From positions 1 to 54,581 of IMG/VR virus record IMGVR_UViG_3300023093_000003: 54,581 nt of DNA. The stretch is one strand, 5' to 3'. The notes beneath the pieces were generated by a model. It was not told the origin of the DNA, ran no database searches, and saw only the letters and a list, made by a program, of their open reading frames with translations. Shown piece by piece: positions 26,601 to 35,135 of the stretch. Numbering within the stretch: position 1 is the first letter of the stretch; the number at the start of each line of letters is the position of its first letter. Origin of the DNA: a virus (taxonomy: Duplodnaviria > Caudoviricetes). The position numbers were made by a program, and so were the translations under genes.

Positions 26601-27116
26601 AGGGAGATCGGCGGCAGTCTTATGGAACTGCCCGAACACGTCGGTCACCAGCGATGCTGAGACCGACGTATCGACCATGCCAGCCGCCGCGAGATCGAGC
26701 GTCGCCTTGAGCCCGCCGCCAAGAATGTCGGTCGTGCTGACGCCGGCTAGGCCAAGCGCTTCAATGCCTGACGCAGCCTCGGTCGCACCTTTGCCGACCG
26801 CCGGGCCGAGGCTGCGCGCCTGATCCGACAAATCCTTCAACTGCTTGCCCGTGACGCCATCGAGCGCAGCTTCCACGCGATTCATTTGCGCTTCGAAGGC
26901 GCCGGCGCCTTGATCGACCGCGCGCACCATGCCCGCAAAAGGCAGAGTGATTCCGGCGGTGATACCAGCGCCGATGATGCGGAGACGATTCTCCACATCG
27001 GCGAACTTGTCCATCAGCCGGCCAAGTGCGCCCTCAACGCCCTTTTCCTTGGCATCGAAATCACTGGTGTCTGCGCCGAATACGATCCGGGCTGCGCCAA
27101 CCACTGCACTATTCAT
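23601..27116 (-). CDS. Tail tape measure protein (TP901-type core)
   Basis: 1171 aa, Ala/Gly-rich; GS.AGTS.K, F.DA.G.MK.L, IFGSDA.R and FATGG motifs. Confidence 0.95.
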   Translation of the reverse strand: MNSAVVGAARIVFGADTSDFDAKEKGVEGALGRLMDKFADVENRLRIIGAGITAGITLPFAGMVRAVDQGAGAFEAQMNRVEAALDGVTGKQLKDLSDQARSLGPAVGKGATEAASGIEALGLAGVSTTDILGGGLKATLDLAAAGMVDTSVSASLVTDVFGQFHKTAADLPDVVKNVVGALDASKFGFQDFQLAVSQGGGVAASAGISFKDFATAVAATSSQFSSGSDAGTSFKTYIQSLVGNSDDAKYAMNKLGISFFDARGRMKPLAVQAQILRDKLGDLSDVSKTDALKTIFGSDAARTAIGLMEQGRQGFENLQATIEKGDVGGKIAKRMEGDVAAANRIAVAWESVKIAIGETGLLEIITSIKNAFASLLESIAGAPPWVLKVGAAFAGLSALLGPLVFLLGTVGTFIAVRFAAGFGLIGRAISFVFAPLDTLLKLFIDFAGTSALRFVLGSIGQAFLKIAGPIGWAITAFLLFKDSLIPVLEQIWNKLTTTLGPPLEAMMQKVQDIFAKITSGPIGSALSWLGSAVAVVADVIGTLLAGAVAGAGDVIVSVLGAAVALINGFLDVVSGMVTLISDLLRGDFSAAWGDAGDIVDAACNAVINAVDALGPGLGAPLREAYTIAKQWLADGFTEIGNWLSTAVANMVNYIASAFPGVVAAAKAVYEGVKGWLVDKFGWLLDWIKGAAKFIADTYGAMKETLGLGAATPTKEPQAPSAPKPVVVDSPKRTVDLEKPKKEKKGRNTKYDAANRAELEMQAQLQAARLRGDEDLVRSIEARLALEKQIEAYQRTGMSLVDATAAANRDIKLITDARAVQTARQIADDQRSFDIKVAEIAGNGKLEESLKKQEYLQERIVFWRKNGKDLAEATAISTAEQTRLDGAIAAARQREAEQAEQQRQIDLAKARGDTDAQVQAMERKLDIERRSQELQAGANGQAPMDKAEADAKAATEALQMQQATQQGIWRDTIRGGFRAALDGNLGDWFKNWWKDRVAKGMEQAINSLSDLIFKLFSGIGSGSGGGGGLGGLLGSLIGGIGSAFGGGGIKNPNVDLSGISMRTEGWGGSMNPEGMMSLQGFATGGSFKVGGMSGIDRNLVAFRASRGEMVDITRPGNDNGGNGSGVIMHNDFRGADAAAVPRIEAALKRLDSSIEGRSVSAVADAKARRIIR

Positions 27117-27131
27117 GTGGCGCCTCCATGC

Positions 27132-27154
27132 AAAAAGCCCCGCCGAAGCAGGGT
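27132..27154 (-). terminator. Rho-independent terminator after the moron
   Basis: Minus strand ACCCTGC-TTCG-GCGGGGC-TTTTT; a second hairpin lies at about 27177-27203. Confidence 0.75.
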
Positions 27155-27212
27155 GTATTGTTTTAGATCGGAAAGAGCAGGGCGGCTTGTTCTGCCGCCC
27201 TGCGGCGGTCAG

Positions 27213-27710
27213 CTACCGCAGGCCGAACTGCGCCTTGGTGACCATCCGCCCGTTCTGGAACATGGCATTCATATTGCTGCCATCAGCATTCTTCCAAGCC
27301 ACCATGACCGTTTGGTAGCCGGCGAGGTCGGAGCTGGACATTTCCTCGCCCTCGAAGCCGACGATTTTGGCGGCCTGCTTGTAAGACATTCCCGTGCGAA
27401 GCTGCTCGTATTCAGCAGCGGTCACCGTGTCATCGACTTCTGCGGTCTCTGGCTCGGCGGCATCAGCCGTCGCTGAGACTGACTGCGCCGACGGCGCTTG
27501 GCCGATGCGCGGCGAGGGGCCGTGCCTTCCCGTACCGAAAAAGGCGAGCAGCGTGAAAATCAGCCACGCAAAGCTGACCACTCTTGCTCGTGTCGAGTAC
27601 CCCTCGCGCAGCGTGAACCAAGCGAAGATGACTGGGATCAGAAGTATGCCGATCCCGAGCCCTAGGCCAACGCGGCGTGTCGACTGTTCTGCGTTTGCGG
27701 ACGTAGCCAT
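27213..27710 (-). CDS. Membrane protein moron with BLIP/SmpA-like C-terminal domain
   Basis: Two TM helices; VT.AEYEQL.TGMSY.Q...I.G...F.NG.MV.K.Q.GL pattern. Confidence 0.7.
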   Translation of the reverse strand: MATSANAEQSTRRVGLGLGIGILLIPVIFAWFTLREGYSTRARVVSFAWLIFTLLAFFGTGRHGPSPRIGQAPSAQSVSATADAAEPETAEVDDTVTAAEYEQLRTGMSYKQAAKIVGFEGEEMSSSDLAGYQTVMVAWKNADGSNMNAMFQNGRMVTKAQFGLR

Positions 27711-27741
27711 AGAATCTCCCCTGTTCCCAGGGGAGACTGCC

Positions 27742-28080
27742 TCATGCTGAGCCTGCCGTCGAGCCTGCCCATGCTTCCGCGACCGACAGCATCTTCCTCC
27801 AGTCCGTCGGCTTCGATTTGAGGGGCTTCTTGCGCGAGAGAAGTTCGTCGAGCCTGGGCGGCTTTTTCACCCGGCCAAGCACTGCGGTGAGATAGGCAAC
27901 TTCGATGCGGCGGTCGTGCTCGGCCTTTGCCGCTTCCACTCGCCCGGCGATTGCGAGATCGAGGAGGCGAGGGGTAAGCCGGAAGAAAGCTGCGGGGTCC
28001 GTGCCGAGCCCGAGTTCCAGCCAGCTTTTTAGGGCCTTTTCGATGTCCCAGCCGGCTTCTTCGCCGGCGTCTTGGGAGGG
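27742..28080 (-). CDS. Tail assembly chaperone frameshift extension (gpT-like)
   Basis: The -1 frame is open from 28080: WDIEKALKSWLELGLGTDPAAFFRLTPRLL... Confidence 0.7.
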   Translation of the reverse strand, partial: PSQDAGEEAGWDIEKALKSWLELGLGTDPAAFFRLTPRLLDLAIAGRVEAAKAEHDRRIEVAYLTAVLGRVKKPPRLDELLSRKKPLKSKPTDWRKMLSVAEAWAGSTAGSA

Positions 28081-28394
28081 TTATCGGTGCCCTTGGCCGC
28101 CTCCGGGAATGCAGCGGTCAGCGCCTCAGCGAGCAGCTCAGCAGCGCGCTGCGGGCCAATCTCGCCAATGATGCGCCCTGCTTCGAGGTCGGTCATCGTG
28201 CCATGTTTGGCCTCGAGGCCGATGCGGAAGACGGATCGGATCGTCGGCGCGCTACCCGCGAGTTTCTCCCCGATCTGATCGATGCCGATGCCGAGTTCGG
28301 AATCGATCGAGCATATCGCGTTGAAATCCATCACCAGCGTGAACGGAGTCTCGAAGGCGGTGAAGGCCACCTCGCCCTTCATACGGTTCGCCAT
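28029..28394 (-). CDS. Tail assembly chaperone (gpG-like)
   Basis: MAN..KGEV...L..DFNA.C..E; lies between tail tube and tape measure. Confidence 0.8.
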   Translation of the reverse strand: MANRMKGEVAFTAFETPFTLVMDFNAICSIDSELGIGIDQIGEKLAGSAPTIRSVFRIGLEAKHGTMTDLEAGRIIGEIGPQRAAELLAEALTAAFPEAAKGTDNPPKTPAKKPAGTSKRP

Positions 28395-28396
28395 AA

Positions 28397-28825
28397 TCAG
28401 GCGGCCGGCGTCAGAACGGGCTTGCCGCTGATCTTGAAGGTTGCCGAGCCGGTCATTTTGTCATCCATCGGCGTCGCATGGCCGTGCTTGGTGGCGAAGC
28501 CGGTGAAGTCGAGCTTCGCGCCGTTCGGGAACACGATTCGCCATGTCTCCACGGTGTTCGTGGCAAGGTGGGTCGCGATGACCAGGTCATCCGCCAAGCC
28601 GGGCACGAGATTGTAGGTCACGGAGACCTCGCCAGCATCGGCGAGGCCGGGCTTGAACTCGCGATAGCGATCGGGGCTGCCGAAGTGCGTGAAATCGACC
28701 GAATCGCGCGAAAGCTCGGGCGAGCTCAAATCGGTCACCTCGGCGAGCGCCGTATAGGTGTTGCTGACGACCTTGCCGAAGGTGGTGGCGAAACCGATGT
28801 CGGTCGCCGCTACTGTTGCTGCCAT
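28397..28825 (-). CDS. Major tail tube protein
   Basis: L.EV....P..SRD.VD.TH..SP...REF..GL.D.GE and F.ISGKP motifs; AGGAGG RBS. Confidence 0.9.
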   Translation of the reverse strand: MAATVAATDIGFATTFGKVVSNTYTALAEVTDLSSPELSRDSVDFTHFGSPDRYREFKPGLADAGEVSVTYNLVPGLADDLVIATHLATNTVETWRIVFPNGAKLDFTGFATKHGHATPMDDKMTGSATFKISGKPVLTPAA

Positions 28826-28860
28826 TGTTTCCTCCTATGCGGCCACGCTTCGGCCGGGGT

Positions 28861-29055
28861 TCACTTGTCGGTGTTGTCGGCTTCTGTGCTCGACGACTGA
28901 GCATCGGCCGCAGGCGAGATCTCGACTGCGAGGCCGAGGTCACAGAGTTCTCTGCCGCGGTCAGCGGTGACGGTCAGCTTCGCCCCGGCTTCGACGCGCT
29001 GGTCGTCTTCAGGCTTGGTCAGATCGTCGAAAGTGGTGGTGATCTCGATACGCAT
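28861..29055 (-). CDS. Small virion-associated protein
   Basis: GGAG RBS; G..L.V...RG.EL...GLA pattern. Confidence 0.6.
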   Translation of the reverse strand: MRIEITTTFDDLTKPEDDQRVEAGAKLTVTADRGRELCDLGLAVEISPAADAQSSSTEADNTDK

Positions 29056-29061
29056 TTTGAC

Positions 29062-29493
29062 TCACTCCGTGATGGCGCGCGCGTGCCAGACGAGCGCGTC
29101 GAGACTTGTTCTATGGACCGGGCCACCGGCATCACTTCCGCCCAGCGTACTGGGCAGGGTGTCCGTGTCGCTGCGCCGAGCCATGATGAAGGTTCGCATT
29201 CGGAAGCCGCCAACGGTCTCGCGCCAGCCGGTGAGGACTCCGTTCTCTCCGCCCACGAGGTCAGCGAGGTCTTTGGCTTCCTTGAAAGTTCGGCCCCAGT
29301 GCTCGATTTGCACGCGCGATCGCGACCATCCGTCTGGCCCGGCGTATGTCATTCCGGGCACGCCGCTCGCCAATTCCAGAACGATTGCTGGCAAAGGCTT
29401 GCCTTGTGGCCGAATTCCCCAATCGACCCGAGTGCCGACGATTGCAGCCACGGACGCCGTGCCCAACAGCTTAGCGCGCAGCACCTCTTCCAT
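29062..29493 (-). CDS. Tail terminator / completion protein (DUF3168-like)
   Basis: MEE.LRA.LL...VG.RV.WG.RPQG..LPAI and RVQI motifs; synteny. Confidence 0.85.
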   Translation of the reverse strand: MEEVLRAKLLGTASVAAIVGTRVDWGIRPQGKPLPAIVLELASGVPGMTYAGPDGWSRSRVQIEHWGRTFKEAKDLADLVGGENGVLTGWRETVGGFRMRTFIMARRSDTDTLPSTLGGSDAGGPVHRTSLDALVWHARAITE

Positions 29494-29496
29494 GTT

Positions 29497-29910
29497 TTAG
29501 CCCTTCGTCGCGGCGCTCAAGATCGCATCGACGCCATCCTGTTCGATCCCGGCCATCGCTTGCCGGACATTGGCGTCGAAGCCCGGCCGGATGAACGGGT
29601 GTGGGCTCTCGCGATAGTTGCCGAACTCTTCTTGGATGGCCTCGGGAAGAGGCCCAGGGCCGGCAAAGACCTCGATATCGGCGATCGGCTCGTTCACCGC
29701 CGCCTGGTGCGGCGACAATTGCGTGCTGACGGTGACGCTGTCCGCCATTCGACCGCTGCGGCGACGTGCGTGGCTGCGCATGTCGTCCGCCATCGGCTGC
29801 AGATGCTCTTCCATGATCGGCACCAGCGTTTCGCGGGTCAGGGCGGCGCCCATCGCCCGCACCTTGCGCTGGATCGCGTCGATGCCGGTCACTCGGATTG
29901 TTGGCCGCAT
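29497..29910 (-). CDS. HK97 gp10-like tail component
   Basis: EFG....PHPFIRPGFD motif; ATG at 29910. Confidence 0.85.
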   Translation of the reverse strand: MRPTIRVTGIDAIQRKVRAMGAALTRETLVPIMEEHLQPMADDMRSHARRRSGRMADSVTVSTQLSPHQAAVNEPIADIEVFAGPGPLPEAIQEEFGNYRESPHPFIRPGFDANVRQAMAGIEQDGVDAILSAATKG

Positions 29911-30239
29911 CAGATGCTCCGAATTGCCGTGACGTCCATGCCCGCATTGAACTCTTTGGACGGGACGACTGAGACAATGTTCCAGAACGATCCGTCGAAA
30001 CTGATACGGTCGGTGACGGTCAAGGCAGCAGTCTTGCTGTTGCGGAGCACCTTGAACGTCGCGGCCACGCTGGCCTGCTCTTGGGCCGCCGCGCGCCGCT
30101 CCTGACCGGTGCCGAACGTAACCTCGGCCCATTCGACACAGTAGTCTGCGAAGCTGCCCGGCACCGTCGCCGTGCCATCGTCGACGTCCGCTCCGAGCCG
30201 CTGGAAGACGACCTTCCGGTTCCGCTTCCGGCTATCCAT
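29910..30239 (-). CDS. Head-tail adaptor (head closure)
   Basis: R...V.FQR, WA.V....G.E and DRI.FDG..WNI motifs. Confidence 0.85.
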   Translation of the reverse strand: MDSRKRNRKVVFQRLGADVDDGTATVPGSFADYCVEWAEVTFGTGQERRAAAQEQASVAATFKVLRNSKTAALTVTDRISFDGSFWNIVSVVPSKEFNAGMDVTAIRSI

Positions 30240-30633
30240 CAGCGCGCCTCGTCAAGCAGCGTGAGCGCACGGGCTTTCAGCCCAAGCCAATCCACGTCCC
30301 CAATAATTGGCCGCTCTCCGCCGCGCACCCAGCGCTGGACAGTCTGAACCATCATTTCCTCGCGCGCTGCTGCCGGCAGGTCGATCGGCTCCCCGTGTGC
30401 CAGTTTCCAGATCACGTTGTCGTGACCGAACCCGAACCAGTCGGCGCAGATCAGGTGCATCGCATCGTGCTCGCGACAAAACGCCAAGGTGTCGGAACCA
30501 TAGCCGCACCTCAGAGCCACCTCCCGGTAATCGTCCGTGTCGTGCGGCTGTGCGGCGTAGCTCGTGCCGTCTTGGTAGGCGGTGAACGCCCCTTCCGGGT
30601 AATAGGTGACGGTCGCGGTGCCGATCGGATCAT
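30239..30633 (-). pseudogene. Inserted hypothetical gene with apparent 1-nt frameshift after codon 2-3
   Basis: The coupled ATG at 30633 reads MIR.., while the long open frame (IGTATVTYYPEG...EHD..H) is shifted by one base. Confidence 0.55.
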
Positions 30634-30911
30634 GCGAGCGCCGGATCGCGATAGCGATGCAGGATGCGGATGATCGCGTCGTCGAGCGGATCGGCCGCGG
30701 CATCGTCGAACAAACTTCGCACCATCAACAGCGTCGCTGCTTTGACCAAGGGGGGGGCGTCGCCCTCCGTCCAAGGCGCGTCCGGTCGCTTGATATAGTC
30801 GAGCAGGATCTCGCTCGCGGCGTTCACCTTGAGCTGGATGTCGGCATCTTCATCGTCGCCGAGAACTCGGAGATGCCCCTTGGCCTCCTGCATCGTCACG
30901 AGCGCGGGCAT
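30630..30911 (-). CDS. Head-tail connector (gp6-like)
   Basis: LVT..EAK.HLRV..D.ED..I...AAS....DY and YRDPALA motifs. Confidence 0.9.
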   Translation of the reverse strand: MPALVTMQEAKGHLRVLGDDEDADIQLKVNAASEILLDYIKRPDAPWTEGDAPPLVKAATLLMVRSLFDDAAADPLDDAIIRILHRYRDPALA

Positions 30912-32020
30912 CAGGCCACCTTATCCTTGCCGTCGCGGCCGCGCTTCACGGAAAGGCGCCAGCCGTCGCCAGCGTCCGGCTTCGCTTCGGTCTCCTTTTG
31001 CGCGATCCAGATCGAGCCCGCCCAGGTGACCGCATCGCCCTGCTCGTACTTCTGACCGTCGCGATAGACGCCGCGGTCAATCACAACCGGGAACGGCAGG
31101 TGATAGGCACGCTGCTCGCCGCCAGCGGTCATCGCAAACCGGATGGTGCGCCCATCGTCCAAGACGCTCGCCTCGAAGTCCTCGAGCTGGAAGGCGTCGC
31201 GCCCGTCGTTGCCGTCTTTCGGCACCGGGATCGCAGCGACCTTTTCCGTAATAGCTTTGTCGATAGCGGCCATGTCCGCATCCCTGCCGACCACCTCGCC
31301 GAGCGCGCGCGCCTCGCCGTTAGTGAGCGTGACAACGAGATTTCCGCCGCGATCGATCAGCGCGCCAGCGAGCCCGATGCCATCCTTCGGCGCCGGGATA
31401 GCCGAAACCGCCTTTGAAACGGCGTCGTCGACGAGCGGCCGGACGTCATCGAGCGTGACGCTGACACCATCCTTTGGCGGGGGTAGCGCGGCGACGTACT
31501 CGCGCACGATCGGGGCGAGCAGCGATCGCACCTCATCGGGGTCCGGCGCATAGGGCGCCGCATCCTTGCCGTCCTTGGGAACGGGCAGGGCTGCCACGGC
31601 ATCGGCCACGGCCGCCTTTATTGCCTCTGGGTCGGCGTCATGGCCGTCGCGCGGTGTCGGCAAGGCTGCGACCGCATCGGCAACCATGCTCTTGATCGTC
31701 TCCGGGTCCGCGTCGCGTCCGTCTTTCGGGGCAGGGAGCGCGGCTACTGCCTCGACGATCCACGCTTTGACGGCATCGGGGTCCACATCCTTGCCGTCCT
31801 TCGGCGCAGGCAGCGCCGCGACCGCATCGGCAACCATGCGCTCGATCAGCGCCGGATCAGCGTCCTTGCCTGGCTCACCCTTGTCAGGCGCACGACGTTC
31901 AAGCGCGTCGAGGCGGGCCTTAAGCTCGCCATTCTCGGCAATCAGCGGCGCCACGTGCTTCTGGAAATACTCGCGCACGACCAGCGCTGTCGCTTCGGCC
32001 AGCGCTTTCGTGTCAAGCAT
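30911..32020 (-). CDS. Repeat-rich head-associated protein
   Basis: About 7 copies of V..AVAALP.PKDG.D; C-terminal Y..GD.VTW.GS.WIA...W.L.VKRGRDGKD. Confidence 0.8.
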   Translation of the reverse strand: MLDTKALAEATALVVREYFQKHVAPLIAENGELKARLDALERRAPDKGEPGKDADPALIERMVADAVAALPAPKDGKDVDPDAVKAWIVEAVAALPAPKDGRDADPETIKSMVADAVAALPTPRDGHDADPEAIKAAVADAVAALPVPKDGKDAAPYAPDPDEVRSLLAPIVREYVAALPPPKDGVSVTLDDVRPLVDDAVSKAVSAIPAPKDGIGLAGALIDRGGNLVVTLTNGEARALGEVVGRDADMAAIDKAITEKVAAIPVPKDGNDGRDAFQLEDFEASVLDDGRTIRFAMTAGGEQRAYHLPFPVVIDRGVYRDGQKYEQGDAVTWAGSIWIAQKETEAKPDAGDGWRLSVKRGRDGKDKVA

Positions 32021-33380
32021 TCACAGCCTCCCGAAATTCTTTTTCGAACAGCGCGGCAGCGGCGCGAGCCTGCTGCGCCCGCTCCTCAGCATTGTCGTTC
32101 GCGGCTGGGTCCGTGGTCGGCGCCGGCGCGGACGTCTTGCCGAAGGGGTCCGCCAGCGCATCGCGCTTGGCCAGAGCGGCGATGCTATAGTTCTGCTGCT
32201 GAACGTATACGGCGTCACCACCCTCGGTCGGCTTCTTGTCCAGCTTCGCCCGCATCTCGTTGACCTTGAGGATGCCAGCGCCCTCTTTCAGCACCTGCAT
32301 CTGGGTCACGCTGTCCATGCGGAGCAGATTGTCGACGTCGAATTCCGTGCCCAGCTTCTCTCCGATCCCGAGCCCCTCATCGAGGCACAGTTCGATCGCT
32401 TCGATCAGCACCTGCAGGCACTGGGAATAATACTCGGTATTGAGCGCCTGGACGTTGTTGTAGGACGGCGCCTGCCCGATCCCGATCTTGTAGGGCGGGA
32501 CGTGGTAGGTCGAGCAGACCACATCTGCGGTCCACTTTAACTGCTCGATCAACTGCGCGTCAGTCGCCTTCACCGCCATCGCGTCGTAGTGCAGGCCGTC
32601 TCCGAGGACGGCGACGCGCCCGACATTCTTACCTGAGAAATTCTCCTCCCAATGCGCCTTGAGGCGCGTGGCAGTCGCATCACTGATCACACCGGGCGCT
32701 GTCAGGACGCCGCCTGGCTGGGAATTGTTGCCGAAGAACCGCGTCGAGTTGTTCTGGATCGACAGGCCCTGCGTTGCCGCGAGGCCATTGGCGAACACCG
32801 GAGACAGGCCGACCAGCGGATGGAAGAAGCAGTTGAACCTATCGTGGATGACCTCGCTTGCCGGCACAATTGTACATTCGTCGAGGCCGGCAAGCTGATC
32901 CGTGTTGAGCTCGTAGAACACGCTACCGTCCGGAGCCACGAGCGGCTTAACGCGGCCGGGATCGAGAACGAACAGCTTCGTTACCACCTGACGCGCATCG
33001 CGCTGCTTCAGGATATAAGCGTTGCCGGACTGGAGCTTGCTCAGCACCCAGTTTTCAAAGAACTGAATTCGGTTCTGAAAGTCGTTCGGCTTGCGCAGTA
33101 CCGGCCAGTGCGCGGTGTTCCGGGTCTCCGACCAGATACCGTCAGAATCCAGTGTGACGAGCTTGACGCGAAGCTTGGCGATGTCGGAGGCGATCAACGT
33201 CTGACATGCGAAGACGGCATGGAAGCTGAGAACACTGTCGAGCTTGACCTCGACGTTCTGTTGCCACGCCCCCGTGAACGATTCCTTGATCAGAGGCCAC
33301 CAACCTCCGCGGCCCGAAGGCGGGGACAACTGCCCCTGCGCCGCCTTCTCGCGGGTGATGGTGAGGCCGAAGGCGCGCAT
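32013..33380 (-). CDS. Portal protein, HK97 family
   Basis: VFAC..LIA.DIAKL, L.KPN..Q, GNAY, GLSP and NE.R motifs. Confidence 0.95.
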   Translation of the reverse strand: MRAFGLTITREKAAQGQLSPPSGRGGWWPLIKESFTGAWQQNVEVKLDSVLSFHAVFACQTLIASDIAKLRVKLVTLDSDGIWSETRNTAHWPVLRKPNDFQNRIQFFENWVLSKLQSGNAYILKQRDARQVVTKLFVLDPGRVKPLVAPDGSVFYELNTDQLAGLDECTIVPASEVIHDRFNCFFHPLVGLSPVFANGLAATQGLSIQNNSTRFFGNNSQPGGVLTAPGVISDATATRLKAHWEENFSGKNVGRVAVLGDGLHYDAMAVKATDAQLIEQLKWTADVVCSTYHVPPYKIGIGQAPSYNNVQALNTEYYSQCLQVLIEAIELCLDEGLGIGEKLGTEFDVDNLLRMDSVTQMQVLKEGAGILKVNEMRAKLDKKPTEGGDAVYVQQQNYSIAALAKRDALADPFGKTSAPAPTTDPAANDNAEERAQQARAAAALFEKEFREAVNA

Positions 33381-33643
33381 CAGGCGTGCGGGCGCGCTTC
33401 GGCGATCTTGGTGCGCAGCGTTTCGGCGTCCCAGCCCGGGAACGGCCTCTTGCCGACGGCCGTCTCATAGGCGGCGCGCAGCGCAGGCACATCATCCACA
33501 GGCGCGGGCGCGGGCGCGGGCTCGATCTCGACATCATCGGCCGCGACCAGATCGGTCGTGCGATAGCCGAGCTTGTCGAAGATGCGGGCGAAGCGCGGGT
33601 CTTTCGCCTTCAAAGCCCGCGTGAAATAGGCTTGGTGCTTCAT
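33380..33643 (-). CDS. Hypothetical head-region protein
   Basis: AGGAG RBS; LRA.YE...GKRPF.GWDA..LR.KI motif. Confidence 0.7.
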   Translation of the reverse strand: MKHQAYFTRALKAKDPRFARIFDKLGYRTTDLVAADDVEIEPAPAPAPVDDVPALRAAYETAVGKRPFPGWDAETLRTKIAEARPHA

Positions 33644-33700
33644 GCCAGCACTCCTTTCGAGGAAGAGGGGCGACCCTCGCGGGCCGCCCCAGCCGGCACT

Positions 33701-35086
33701 TTACTTGTACGCGGTGCCGGTGATGTACTGGACGGCGCCGGCGCGGCGCTTGCCCCAGTTGATGTAGCGCTCGGCGCGGATGCCGATCATGTTCATCTGC
33801 CAGAGCGAGACGAACACGGTCGTCGCCGTGGCAGGCGCGTCCGGCGCCGAGTCCATCTGCAGCGACGCCTCGCTGCTGACGTCGAGCATCGTCTGGCCAT
33901 CGTCGGCGAGAAGGATCTCGCTCGCCTTGGCGAGGATGATGCGCGAGCCCGCCGGGATGGCGGGCGGGCCGGTGACCGCAGCCTGCGTCGGAATATTCTC
34001 CGACGTGATGACCGGCAGGCCGAGCAGCGTACCGCCACCAGTCGAGTTCATGCCGGGGAATTCAGCCTGACCCAGCGGGTTGAGCATCAGCGCCAGACCA
34101 AGCGCCTGCGTCTCGGTCATGATCCACACCGCGCCGGCAAGCGACATATTCGCGGCGATGAACGACGCCATCAGTGCGGACGCGTCGGCGCGGAAGGCGT
34201 CGGCATCGGTGCCCGAGGCGGTGGTTGCGGTCACCCCGTTGGTGATTGACGCCGGCGAGACGCCAGCCGAGGCCGCGACGGTCGGGTCGACGAACTGCCG
34301 ATCAAGGAACTGCGCGGTCTGGTCGATCAGATCCTGACGAACGACTTCCTCGGCCGCCGGGCTGGACGAACGCGCCAGCTCGTCGGTGATGACGACGATG
34401 CCAGCCGTCTTCGCCGTGCCGAGAGAGATTTGGTCGAACGCGAGCGCGCTGACCGGCTTCGGCTTGCCTTCGCCGACCCAGCCGACGGTCGAACCGCCCG
34501 TCTGACGCGGGATCTTGATGTTGAACGGCACGCGACGCAGACCGGGGATGCGGCCGATGATCGTGGCCGGGCGCAGCAGCTCGGCGAACTCGGAGGCCAT
34601 GTTCTGGTATTCGACCAGCGGCTTCGCCCAGTTGGTATCGGTCGTGGTGCCGGCCGCGACCGCCGCCTTGAGGATCGTCTCGACCTCGGGCGTGCTGTCG
34701 TGCCAGCCTTTGGCGATCTCGGCCGCCTGCATCAGGTTGCCCTTGGAGCGACCGAGCGCCATCGCATAGCGGGTGAACGCGGTACCCTTGGGGAGGTTGG
34801 TGCCCTTGACCTCGATGCGGTGACCGCCGCGCGATTCGCTGCCGGCCTTGGTGCCGGTGCCGTCAATCGGTGCAGCGGAGCCGGCGAGCGACTTCTCGAG
34901 GCTATTGAGCCGCTTGATGTGGCCGTCGATCTGCTCGATGTCCTGATCGAGGCCATCATATTCCTGCTGCTCGGCCTGGTCGAGGGTGGTGCCTTCGCCC
35001 GCCGCCTTGGTCATGATTTCGGTCATACGGGCCTGCGAGGACGAGCGCTTCGCCTCGAAAGCCGCGATCTGTGCGCGGATGTCCAT
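33701..35086 (-). CDS. Major capsid protein, HK97 fold with N-terminal delta domain
   Basis: Coiled-coil N-terminus; WVGEG..KP, I..ITDEL and SLWQ.N...IRAER.INW motifs. Confidence 0.95.
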   Translation of the reverse strand: MDIRAQIAAFEAKRSSSQARMTEIMTKAAGEGTTLDQAEQQEYDGLDQDIEQIDGHIKRLNSLEKSLAGSAAPIDGTGTKAGSESRGGHRIEVKGTNLPKGTAFTRYAMALGRSKGNLMQAAEIAKGWHDSTPEVETILKAAVAAGTTTDTNWAKPLVEYQNMASEFAELLRPATIIGRIPGLRRVPFNIKIPRQTGGSTVGWVGEGKPKPVSALAFDQISLGTAKTAGIVVITDELARSSSPAAEEVVRQDLIDQTAQFLDRQFVDPTVAASAGVSPASITNGVTATTASGTDADAFRADASALMASFIAANMSLAGAVWIMTETQALGLALMLNPLGQAEFPGMNSTGGGTLLGLPVITSENIPTQAAVTGPPAIPAGSRIILAKASEILLADDGQTMLDVSSEASLQMDSAPDAPATATTVFVSLWQMNMIGIRAERYINWGKRRAGAVQYITGTAYK

Positions 35087-35135
35087 GTCGATTTTCCTGT
35101 GATCGGGCGGGCGCAGCGCGCCGCAGCCGTGGAGA

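Noticed and set aside
28816-30105. 429-aa plus-strand ORF
   Set aside because: It is antisense to well-supported head-tail joining genes.
35087-35135. Frameshifted protease-capsid fusion
   Set aside because: The protease has a clean stop and the capsid has its own AGGA RBS and ATG.
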